This document shows positions 8,518-17,041 of a stretch of DNA of 64,000 nucleotides, in pieces. The stretch's first letter is position 1. Every line of letters begins with the position of its first letter. The DNA comes from Candidatus Omnitrophota bacterium (lineage in GTDB: Bacteria > Omnitrophota > Gorgyraeia > Duberdicusellales > 4484-171): NCBI GenBank assembly GCA_020352775.1, contig CP070684.1:370631-434630 (forward strand), given 5' to 3'. The notes under the pieces were generated by a model, which worked only from the letters and a program-made list of their open reading frames with translations, was not told the DNA's origin and ran no database searches. The position numbers and the translations under genes are program-made.

Positions 8518-8535
8518 CTTTATCAAGCGATAAAG
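8518..8535 (+). promoter_or_regulatory. Perfect 7-bp inverted repeat CTTTATC-aagc-GATAAAG between HTH-2 and the fibre gene
   Basis: 8518-8524 is the reverse complement of 8529-8535. No downstream T-run follows, so it is not a typical terminator. It could be an operator or an RNA hairpin. Confidence 0.35.
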
Positions 8536-8586
8536 GAAATGTGGAAAAATAGAAAATTTAATCACAGATTAAGAAGGAGGTATGTG

Positions 8587-10422
8587 ATGAAGGTGAAACA
8601 ATTATTCGTGTTGGTTTTAAGTTTGGTGGCATGTTTCTTTTTTGTTGTGCCGGCGCGGGCCGGCGATGTGGAGGTTGAGCTAAACTCCTCAAACGGCTCA
8701 ACGGCGTTTGAGGTGATGGACTCAACCTCGGCGGTGCAGGCGCAGATTGACTCTGATGGCAACATGGTCATCAGGGGAGGACTGCGTCTTGACTCCGGCG
8801 GAGCTGAGCATACCACTCCGGAACAGTTGATCGTTGACGACAGGATTGGTATCGGGACAACTTCACCTGATGCTAATCTTGATGTTGAGGATACATCGGG
8901 TTCAGAGTTTATCCGCTTAACAACTGCTGTTGATAATATTGGTATGTATGGTGGAGCCGGTTCTCCGGAAGGAGCAGTTACAGCGCAGCTAGGCTCAATA
9001 TACTTTGATTACACTAATGGTGCTGCCTACCTAAAAGATACCGGCGATAACACCAATACTGGATGGCAGGTTATCTCAACCGGAGCAGCAACTAATTATT
9101 GGTCACGAACTGGGACAGCTTTAAGTCCGGCAACCGCCAATGATACTTTGCGGCTCGATGCTGGAACGTATTTTAACTTTGGCGCCACCGCTGGAGCAGG
9201 TGGATATGGTGTCAGGGATAATGCCGGAACAATTGAGTTTAAAAATTCAGGTGGTTCTTGGGCGAGCATCAGCGCAGGAGCAAATCAACTTACGGATTTA
9301 ACTGATGTTAACAGCTCCACCGCCACTAACGGCAATATCTTCATGGCTGATGGCACTGACTGGGAATCTGTCGCTCAAACTTTAATCACCTCTTTAGGAA
9401 CAATTGGCACCGGTACCTGGCAAGCTACACCGGTAGCTGATGCCTATGTAGCAAATGATCTTACCATCTCCGCTGGAACCATAGATAACAGCGCAATCGG
9501 TGCAACTACTCCGGCAGCCGGCGCATTTACCACTCTCTCTTCAAGTGGCAATATTACATCAGGTGGAAATGTTGACATTGATGCTAACTCTTTGATTTTA
9601 GATGCTGACGGTGATAGCAGTGTATCAGCAGCAGTAGATGACACAATTTTGATAAGATTAGGAGGAGCTGATGAGTTCACCATGGGTGGAGGAGCAATTA
9701 CTCCGATAGTTGATAATGCTTTAGATTTCGGAACTACTGCAAATCGCTGGCAAGATCTTTACTTGGCAGGAAACCTACACGATGGCACCAACTCTACAAC
9801 CATTGCCAATATTGTAACCTTAGCCGGCACCCAAACCTTAACCAACAAGACTTTAACCTCACCCACGATCGGCACTTCACCTACAGCTGTAGGGGCGACG
9901 TGGACCGATTTGGGAACTGTAACTACAGCAGATATAAATGGTGGAACTATTGATAGTATGACTATTGGAGGAGCCGCTCCGGCAGCAGGAACCTTTACTA
10001 CCATGCGGGCTAACACTAGCGCTATTATCGAAGATCCTGGGGTTGGGACTAATACTGTAACAGTTCAATCGCCTACTGGTTTGGCAGCAAGTTATAGCCT
10101 AACCCTTCCTGTAGATGATGGTACTTCTGGTCAGGTGTTAAGCACCGATGGTAGTGGCACATTGAGTTGGGCTACTTTGAGTGGTTCAGCAGTAATAGAT
10201 AGCGGAACATCTGGAGCTTTGGCTGCAGGGACTGTGACGGTTAATTTTGCGCAAACTTATGCCAGCGCGCCAATAGTAGTGATTACTCCTACAATTTCCC
10301 AAACACCTGGCAATAATGATATTTGGCCACATGTATCTGCAACTACAACAACAAGTTTTACCATAACCGCTGATACTAATTTTAACGGTGCAACATTTAA
10401 TTGGATAGCTATTGGGACTTAA
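8587..10422 (+). CDS. Sec-exported tail-fibre-like protein with H-type-lectin-like C-terminal domain
   Basis: ATG 8587 lies 6 nt after AAGGAGG, and the track start 8491 adds an implausible leader. Signal peptide is MKVKQLFVLVLSLVACFFFVVPARA|GD. Fibre-type motifs are IGIGTTSPDANLDVED, ALDFGTTANRWQDLYL, TLTNKTLTSPTIG and LTLPVDDGTSGQVLSTDGSGTLSW. The C-terminus is TVNFAQTYASAPIVVITPT...SFTITAD...FNWIAIGT. Confidence 0.6.
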   Translation: MKVKQLFVLVLSLVACFFFVVPARAGDVEVELNSSNGSTAFEVMDSTSAVQAQIDSDGNMVIRGGLRLDSGGAEHTTPEQLIVDDRIGIGTTSPDANLDVEDTSGSEFIRLTTAVDNIGMYGGAGSPEGAVTAQLGSIYFDYTNGAAYLKDTGDNTNTGWQVISTGAATNYWSRTGTALSPATANDTLRLDAGTYFNFGATAGAGGYGVRDNAGTIEFKNSGGSWASISAGANQLTDLTDVNSSTATNGNIFMADGTDWESVAQTLITSLGTIGTGTWQATPVADAYVANDLTISAGTIDNSAIGATTPAAGAFTTLSSSGNITSGGNVDIDANSLILDADGDSSVSAAVDDTILIRLGGADEFTMGGGAITPIVDNALDFGTTANRWQDLYLAGNLHDGTNSTTIANIVTLAGTQTLTNKTLTSPTIGTSPTAVGATWTDLGTVTTADINGGTIDSMTIGGAAPAAGTFTTMRANTSAIIEDPGVGTNTVTVQSPTGLAASYSLTLPVDDGTSGQVLSTDGSGTLSWATLSGSAVIDSGTSGALAAGTVTVNFAQTYASAPIVVITPTISQTPGNNDIWPHVSATTTTSFTITADTNFNGATFNWIAIGT

Positions 10423-10463
10423 TGGAGGATAAATGGTAAGTTGTGTAACAATAGGAGATAGAT

Positions 10464-13400
10464 TTGCTTAAGAGAGCCTTTACTATTATTGCAATAGCAA
10501 TAGGTGTACTTGCGCTAAGCATAGCCACAGCTGATGCGGGGAACTTGCGCGTGCGTAGTGGTGCAGCTGTGAGGCTTTCTAACTCTGCCTCCTTAGATCT
10601 TAATGAGAGTGGTGGCACAGCAACAGGCGCAACGATTGAGGCAGGAGGCGAAATTGATGCTGGTAATGGCTCTATTAATGTCACAGGAAACTTATCTAAC
10701 GCAGGCACTTTTACTGCGGGAACTTCCACTGTAACCTTAGATGGAACAGCTGCCCAGAGCATAACCAGTAATTCTGCTACCTACAATGATTTTGTTGTTA
10801 CTAACTCTTCAGGAGCCGGCGTAACATTTGCTGATGCCTTTAGTACCACTGATTTTACTGCTATAACTGCTAATACTAATCTTACCTTTGATGGCGCAAG
10901 CACTTACACCATAACCGGCACATTAGACTTAAATGGCCAAGCATCAGGCACAGAAATTACCCTCCGTTCAGATGCTGCCAGTGCCTATACTTTTGATGTT
11001 CAGGGCGGTCCTCAGACTGTTAATTATGTGGATGTTCAGTATTGCCATGCCTCAAGCAATGATATTACTGCTAATAACTCAATTAATAGCGGAAATAACG
11101 ATGACCTTCTTGGTAGTCCACATTGGGTTTTTGCTTCAGCTACCGCAACAATTACTAGCCCTAGTGGCGCTAAGACGGTGGGGACAACGCCGACTGTAAA
11201 GGGAACTGCTACCCCTGGAGCAGCAGTTACCATAAGAGATAATGGCGGCACTGCAGTTGCCAATACAACTGCTGATGCTAATGGCAATTTTAGAGTTACA
11301 GTGACAACCCCGCTTGCAGTAGGTGCTAATTCGCTTACACCTTATATCGGTGCTGCAGCTGGCACTACTGTAAATATTACGGTAGTAAATTCACCCACGA
11401 CCGTCCAAGTTCCTACAATCACATCACCTACTGGTGGTTCAACAGTTAATGGAAGTACTCCTACGATTAGCGGACAAGGTAATCCGGGCCAGGCAGCAAC
11501 CCTTACTGTACATGATGCTAATGGCAATCTTTTATTAACTGATGTTGGCGCAAGTACGGTTGATGGATCTGGTAATTATACGATTTCATCGGCAAATTAT
11601 AGCACCGCATTGGTAAAGGGGACAAATTATCTCTCTGTTACGGTTGACGGAGTAACCAGCAGTATTATAAATGTCACCCTAACTGATCCGTTTGGTGTTG
11701 TGTTTGATTCTATAACTGATACTCCCATTGTTGGAGCAACTGTTACTTTATATTATGATAACGATCCCGGTCCAGGTAGGGTCTGGATTCAAGCTGTGCC
11801 TGGTGTACATATTGCTGCTGGTGATGCTAACCCACAAGTTACCGGGGCAGGAGGGTCTTACAGTTACCTTACCATAAATGGTGATTTCTATCTTGATGTT
11901 AGTGCCGCGGGTTATACCTATCCTTCTACACGTTCAAGCTTTCCAGCCGGACGTTCTGTTGTGACTGGATCTAAACAAGAACCATTTACCGTAGCAGGAG
12001 CAGTGCTTAATATTGATTTACCTATGGATGGTGCGGGTGCAAGCATCTTAAAAGTAACTAAAGACGCTAACAAAAGAGAGACTAAAACCGGTGACATTGT
12101 TACCTATACTGTTAAAATCCAGAACCCTGGCAGCACGGCTTACAGTTCTGTCTTTATCGAAGATAAGATTCCAGCAGGATTTAAGTACATCACTGGAAAG
12201 ACTACACTTGATGGTGTGCCTGTTTTGGACCCAACAGGTAACCGTCCACTCAGATTTAATATAGGTAATGTAAATGCTGGCCAGACTTATGTCCTTAAAT
12301 ACCAGCTAGTGGTTGGTTCAGGTGTTACTTTTGGAAATTATGAAAATGAAGCATTTGCTAAATACTCCAGCGGAGCAATTATTTCTAATATTGCTTCTGA
12401 AACAGTTAAGGTTGCTCCTAACCCTGTATTTTATTTAGGTACGGTAATTGGTAAGGTGTTCTGGGATAAAAATGAAAATGGCATTCAGGATGAAGGAGAA
12501 GGGCCGATACCATTTGTTGAGGTTGCAACTGAAGATGGGACCCTTATTACTACTGATCAAGATGGTAAATTCCATTTACCAGCACTTACAGTTGGCAGGC
12601 ATCTCTTTAGAATAGATGAACGTTCTCTTCCGGAAGGAGCGTATCTGACTACCAATAAGATAGTAGTAGTTGATATTACTGAAGGAGTTTTAGTGAAGGT
12701 AAACTTTGGAGTAAATTTTGAGATTGATACTTCCGGAGAATTGCCCGTAAAGATACAACATGATAGAGGAAAGCCAACCCCGCGCTTAAATGTGAGTCTT
12801 TTTAGGGATAAATTGATATATGTAGATGAAGTCTTAAGTGAGCCTGCGCAATTTAGAATATTTACTAATTATGCCGCCTTTATAAAGAAATGGAAATTAG
12901 AGATATTGGAAACAGGCAAAAATAAAGTGGTAAAAAACTTTAGTGGAGGAGCTGATAGTATTCATCAGCCAATTTATTGGGATGGAAAATTAAAGAATGG
13001 AAAAGTACCGCGTAAAATCAAAGATTACGCCTATCGGGTTATGGTATATGGCGTGCATAATAAGAAAGATTCCACAAAGCCAGTCAGAATAGATATTAAA
13101 TGGTATGATTCAGAAGAATCTTCGATGCAAGAAAAAGATGAGAAGGGTAGAGAAAATGAGCATAAGCGATGGATCAAAAAGGAAAGTGTAAAAGATAACC
13201 TAAAATCCCAGAGAATACTAGTTGACGGAGAGACCGTAAAGGTATTGTGCACAGACTCAAACATTAAGCAAGTTACCATTACTCAAGGTGGTAAGCTACG
13301 CCAAGACGTTTTAGTGGTTGAAGCTACAGGACCGGTTGCTCAAGATGTATTAGAGCGCAAAGAGAAGACAAAGACATATCAAGAAGTAGAGATTATTCTT

Positions 13401-16400
13401 CCAAATGGAGAGTATAAGGTGGATGTTTATGATAAAGAGTTGGATATAGAGAAACAAAATACCAAGAAAAAACGTGAGCGGAGACGCCGCGGAAAAGTAG
13501 AACCTGCCTATTCAAAAACAGTAAAGGTGGGTGATGATTATTTCTTCTTGGTGGCAATGGGCGACGCTAAGATGGGCTACACCTTCCATAGCGGCCATAT
13601 CGATGCTATTCGCCATGATGATTCATTTAGGGAAGGGTTCTGGAGTGAAGGAAAACTCGCCTACTATTTAAAAGGAAAGATTAAAGGAAAGTACCTCATC
13701 ACTTCCAGTTTAGATACTGAACGGGATAAAAAAGAACTGTTTCGTAAAATTGACCCTGATAAATATTACCCTGTTTATGGAGATGCCTCCAGCACAAATT
13801 ACGATGCTACTAATACCCAGGGAATGTTTTATGCTTTGATTGAGTGGGATAAATCTTATGCAAAATGGGGTAATTATGATACTGACTTTAGTGATACTGA
13901 GTTTGCCAAGTTCAAACGCACTATCTATGGTGGCAAAGTTCATTACGAAAGCCTGGCAAATACTAAATTCGGTAAGCCTAGCACAAAATTGGTTGTATTC
14001 CAGGCGAAGGCCGAGCAGCGCGCTGCCCATAATGAATTTTTAGGTACCGGTGGATCTCTTTTCTATCTTAAACATAAAGATGCTATCGAGGGATCAGAAA
14101 AAGTAAAGATTGAAGTGCGCGATAAGACAACTGGTCTTGTGCTTGATGAAAAAGAAATGCAGGAAGGCTCTGATTATGAAATTGATTATCCTGAGGGACG
14201 TATGATCTTCTGGAAACCGGTATCAAGAATCATTGAATCAGAGTCAATTATTTCCAGCCAGCTTCTTGATGGCAATCCTGTTTATGTAGTGGTTGATTAT
14301 GAGTACGAAACCAAGGATAAATACGATGAAGCAACTTTTGGTGTGCGCACTCAAAAAGCATTAACAGATTATGTTACTTTAGGCGGCACTTACGTAAGAG
14401 AAGAACAGCCGGATAAAAACTATGAATTAAAAGGGGTCGATGCCACAATCCATATCGGTAAAGATATTAAGGTTAGCGCTGAATACGCACAATCAGAATC
14501 TGAAGAGGTGAATAATTTCATATCTACTGATGGAGGACTTAGCTTTACTGAGCTACCCACCGCTGATTCAGATAAGGGCAAGGCCTATGGCCTTAAAGGT
14601 GAGGCTAAGCTTTTTAAAGGGTTGAAGCTTCGTGGTTACTACAAGCGAGTCGAGCCAGGGTTTTCAAGTACCTCTACAATTTCCCAGCAGGGCAAAGAGC
14701 TTATCGGAGGAGAGGCCAGCCTTAAATTATCACCTCGTACACACTTAAAAATAAAACATGATATTCAGGCACTCATTGACGATGGTAATATCCAGACACA
14801 ATTGCAAACCGGTGCAAAAAAGGTTGCTACCAGTCGTGCCCAAATCACTCATAAATTGAAAAGATGGATTTTTACCGCTGAATACCGTCATCAAGAGGTG
14901 GAAGAAGAAAAAGAGCAGTTTGAGTCCCAAACAAATAGAGAAGACGACACCGTAGCTTTAAAAGCTAAGTATAAGGCAACAAGTAATCTTAGCATTTCTG
15001 TGGAACAGCAAGCGACGATCAAGGGCGACGTTAATCATCAAACTACAATTGGAATAGACGCTAAAGTTAATGATAGTCTTTCCATCAATGCTAAAGAAAT
15101 TATCGGTACTGAAGGCAATGCCTCTAAGATTGGAATAACCACAAACTTAAACGATAATTTAAAGATTCATGGTGACTATACTCATTCTCACGGCGCAGAT
15201 AAGGATAGGGAAGCTTCGATAAGTGCTACAGGAAGATTTGATGAGGACACAGAGCTCTATACTACTTTTGGAGTCAACGATTCTTCTAAAAAAGGAAAAA
15301 CCCAATCAGTTGTATTTGGTTCTAAGCGCAAGATAGACAATGAATTCACTGTTAAGAGCGAACAGAATTATGCAAAGAATACTGATGCTTTTATTAGGTC
15401 TGAAACTTACGGCTTAGCCAGAGAAAAGGAAGGAAGAACTCTTGAAGCAACATTTACATCCAAGCATTCTCAAGAGGAAGACGAGACTTCTGATACAAAT
15501 ATATTCGGACTTTCAGGGGATATTAATGAGAAGTGGGCCTCCTTCTTAAATTATGAAAAAGGAATTGTTCAAAATCATGACGGAACTCAGACTAAACGCC
15601 ATGCCGGCTCAATGGGATTGGCTTTTGTAGATAAGGACCCTGATGCAGACAGAATAAAAACTAAAGCATCAACAAAACTTGAGGTCCGCCTTGATGATGG
15701 GCAGGAAGATAAGAAGCAGTTCTTAGGCTCTTTTGCTGCAGAGAAGAGCTTGGATATAAATACAACTTTATTTGCAAAAGCCCAAGCTTCTCTTACCAAA
15801 AATACTACTACTGATGCAACAGAAGCTGAATATAAAGAGTTTGTTTTGGGGCTAGCTTATCGGCCAATTTATTTTGATAAGCTTAATCTTTTGGCTAAAT
15901 ACAATTATTTAGAAGATCGCTCCCCTGAAAGCCAGGAAGATATATCTGACATTGAGGAAGAAAATATGCACACTGTCGCGCTTGAGGCAGTGTATGATTT
16001 AACAGATCGTTTCCAATTGGTGGAGAAATTTGCTTACAAGACCGGAAAAGAGAAAGTAACCGGATTTGATTTTACCAGGGCTTCAAGCTGGCTCGCGATC
16101 CATCGCCTCAATTATAATTTTAACAGGGATTGGCAAGCAGGTTTAGAGTATAGAAGATTAATGCAGGATGAAGCTGACGATTGTAAACAAGGAGCCCTCT
16201 TTGAGCTATCTAGAAAAATAGGCGAATATGCCCAAGTAGGCGTGGGGTATAACTTTACTGATTTTAATGATGATTTAACTCATCTTGATTATACTTCTCA
16301 TGGTCCATTTTTCAGAATCACTGCAACAATATATGAACCAAGCCCTGAAGAGATTGAAAGGGCTAAAAAGAAAAAATTAGAGGCAAAAATAAGAAAATGG

Positions 16401-16718
16401 ACGAAGATGTTTGCTAACAATAGCTTGGCAGTATCGGGCAGCGAGACTTCACAAGAACTACATGAATATTTTTATCAGGCCCGGCAACTAGATAAAGAGA
16501 GAAACTTTGAAGCCGCAAAAGACCTTTATCAGAAAATAGTCACAAAAGGCGAAGAGATTTATGAGGAAGCAGAGGGTTATGTGAGGGGCTGTTTGGAGAA
16601 AGGGGAAGAATTAGATACTCTTAAAAAGGTTAAAAAAGTGCGTGACTATCCTTACAATCTTGATAAACTAATTAAGATGAGCGAGAAAAGCATTAAGAGG
16701 ATAGATAGGAAGTTGTAG
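10464..16718 (+). CDS. Giant (2084 aa) secreted multi-domain surface protein with large C-terminal beta-rich, putative outer-membrane region
   Basis: TTG start 5 nt after AGGAGA. Signal peptide is MLKRAFTIIAIAIGVLALSIATADA|GN. It is an uninterrupted 6.25-kb ORF. Recognisable modules are two Ig-like repeats, a Cna-B/CarboxypepD_reg-like domain, DUF11 (GDIVTYTVKIQNPG...), an SdrD-B-like domain (GKVFWDKNENGIQDEGE) and a FlgD-Ig-like domain. The terminal strand pattern GVGYNFTDFNDDLTHLDYTSHGPFFRITATI is porin-like. Confidence 0.7.
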   Translation: MLKRAFTIIAIAIGVLALSIATADAGNLRVRSGAAVRLSNSASLDLNESGGTATGATIEAGGEIDAGNGSINVTGNLSNAGTFTAGTSTVTLDGTAAQSITSNSATYNDFVVTNSSGAGVTFADAFSTTDFTAITANTNLTFDGASTYTITGTLDLNGQASGTEITLRSDAASAYTFDVQGGPQTVNYVDVQYCHASSNDITANNSINSGNNDDLLGSPHWVFASATATITSPSGAKTVGTTPTVKGTATPGAAVTIRDNGGTAVANTTADANGNFRVTVTTPLAVGANSLTPYIGAAAGTTVNITVVNSPTTVQVPTITSPTGGSTVNGSTPTISGQGNPGQAATLTVHDANGNLLLTDVGASTVDGSGNYTISSANYSTALVKGTNYLSVTVDGVTSSIINVTLTDPFGVVFDSITDTPIVGATVTLYYDNDPGPGRVWIQAVPGVHIAAGDANPQVTGAGGSYSYLTINGDFYLDVSAAGYTYPSTRSSFPAGRSVVTGSKQEPFTVAGAVLNIDLPMDGAGASILKVTKDANKRETKTGDIVTYTVKIQNPGSTAYSSVFIEDKIPAGFKYITGKTTLDGVPVLDPTGNRPLRFNIGNVNAGQTYVLKYQLVVGSGVTFGNYENEAFAKYSSGAIISNIASETVKVAPNPVFYLGTVIGKVFWDKNENGIQDEGEGPIPFVEVATEDGTLITTDQDGKFHLPALTVGRHLFRIDERSLPEGAYLTTNKIVVVDITEGVLVKVNFGVNFEIDTSGELPVKIQHDRGKPTPRLNVSLFRDKLIYVDEVLSEPAQFRIFTNYAAFIKKWKLEILETGKNKVVKNFSGGADSIHQPIYWDGKLKNGKVPRKIKDYAYRVMVYGVHNKKDSTKPVRIDIKWYDSEESSMQEKDEKGRENEHKRWIKKESVKDNLKSQRILVDGETVKVLCTDSNIKQVTITQGGKLRQDVLVVEATGPVAQDVLERKEKTKTYQEVEIILPNGEYKVDVYDKELDIEKQNTKKKRERRRRGKVEPAYSKTVKVGDDYFFLVAMGDAKMGYTFHSGHIDAIRHDDSFREGFWSEGKLAYYLKGKIKGKYLITSSLDTERDKKELFRKIDPDKYYPVYGDASSTNYDATNTQGMFYALIEWDKSYAKWGNYDTDFSDTEFAKFKRTIYGGKVHYESLANTKFGKPSTKLVVFQAKAEQRAAHNEFLGTGGSLFYLKHKDAIEGSEKVKIEVRDKTTGLVLDEKEMQEGSDYEIDYPEGRMIFWKPVSRIIESESIISSQLLDGNPVYVVVDYEYETKDKYDEATFGVRTQKALTDYVTLGGTYVREEQPDKNYELKGVDATIHIGKDIKVSAEYAQSESEEVNNFISTDGGLSFTELPTADSDKGKAYGLKGEAKLFKGLKLRGYYKRVEPGFSSTSTISQQGKELIGGEASLKLSPRTHLKIKHDIQALIDDGNIQTQLQTGAKKVATSRAQITHKLKRWIFTAEYRHQEVEEEKEQFESQTNREDDTVALKAKYKATSNLSISVEQQATIKGDVNHQTTIGIDAKVNDSLSINAKEIIGTEGNASKIGITTNLNDNLKIHGDYTHSHGADKDREASISATGRFDEDTELYTTFGVNDSSKKGKTQSVVFGSKRKIDNEFTVKSEQNYAKNTDAFIRSETYGLAREKEGRTLEATFTSKHSQEEDETSDTNIFGLSGDINEKWASFLNYEKGIVQNHDGTQTKRHAGSMGLAFVDKDPDADRIKTKASTKLEVRLDDGQEDKKQFLGSFAAEKSLDINTTLFAKAQASLTKNTTTDATEAEYKEFVLGLAYRPIYFDKLNLLAKYNYLEDRSPESQEDISDIEEENMHTVALEAVYDLTDRFQLVEKFAYKTGKEKVTGFDFTRASSWLAIHRLNYNFNRDWQAGLEYRRLMQDEADDCKQGALFELSRKIGEYAQVGVGYNFTDFNDDLTHLDYTSHGPFFRITATIYEPSPEEIERAKKKKLEAKIRKWTKMFANNSLAVSGSETSQELHEYFYQARQLDKERNFEAAKDLYQKIVTKGEEIYEEAEGYVRGCLEKGEELDTLKKVKKVRDYPYNLDKLIKMSEKSIKRIDRKL

Positions 16719-16749
16719 AATTAGCTACAAAAAACAAAAGGGGAGGCTG

Positions 16750-16893
16750 ATGAGTGCGTGGGTTAAAATTATAGGCATTTGGCTGTGTTTAGACGGCGGT
16801 TTTTCTTTAGTCTTTTGTTCAGATAGGTATTGGTGGGCTCAGGCAGTTAGGGTGACGAGGATAATCTTAGGCATATTATTGTTTTTTATGTAA
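16750..16893 (+). CDS. Untracked 47-aa hydrophobic micro-protein (two predicted TM segments)
   Basis: ATG 16750 is preceded by AAAGGGGAGG. Translation is MSAWVKIIGIWLCLDGGFSLVFCSDRYWWAQAVRVTRIILGILLFFM, stop TAA 16891-16893. It falls below the ORF-track length cutoff. Confidence 0.35.
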   Translation: MSAWVKIIGIWLCLDGGFSLVFCSDRYWWAQAVRVTRIILGILLFFM

Positions 16894-16917
16894 GGCCCGC
16901 CTTTTAAGGGAATTTTC

Positions 16918-16946
16918 TTGCCATAATTCTAAAGAGATAATACAAT
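16918..16946 (+). promoter_or_regulatory. Sigma70-like promoter for tRNA-Gln
   Basis: TTGCCA (16918-16923), 17-nt spacer, TACAAT (16941-16946). The tRNA 5' end lies 11 nt downstream. Confidence 0.5.
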
Positions 16947-16956
16947 AACAAATCTT

Positions 16957-17031
16957 TGCCCTGTGGTGTAATTGGTAACACGCTTGACTCTGGATCAAGT
17001 ATTTCTGGTTCGAGTCCAGACGGGGCAGCCA
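16957..17031 (+). tRNA. tRNA-Gln (anticodon CUG), CCA encoded
   Basis: Hand-folded cloverleaf. Acceptor TGCCCTG/CGGGGCA (U1-A72, discriminator G73, CCA); D stem GTGT/ACAC; anticodon stem CTTGA/TCAAG with loop CTCTGGA; T arm TCTGG-TTCGAGT-CCAGA. Total 75 nt. Confidence 0.9.
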
Positions 17032-17041
17032 AAGAAGAATT

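Noticed and set aside
8491-8586. Track-proposed upstream starts that extend real genes: 8491 (fibre), 17914 (nifS), 24135 (rpsU), 38634 (cyclophilin-like), 49833 (nadD), 60682 (SBP), 62679 (TPR), 2828 (ymdB)
   Set aside because: In each case an internal start has a proper SD or promoter context and yields the family-typical N-terminus or signal peptide. The extension would overlap the preceding gene or add non-conserved residues.
8562-11527. Multiple 60-117 aa antisense or alternate-frame ORFs inside the fibre and giant genes (8562..8816-, 9444..9683-, 9759..10016-, 9877..10068-, 10409..10762-, 10933..11199+, 11036..11287-, 11342..11527-)
   Set aside because: They lie wholly within long, motif-rich + strand ORFs in the locally GC-richer Ala/Gly/Thr region, where stop codons are rare in all frames. 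Their products are low-complexity, with no SDs and no recognisable motifs.
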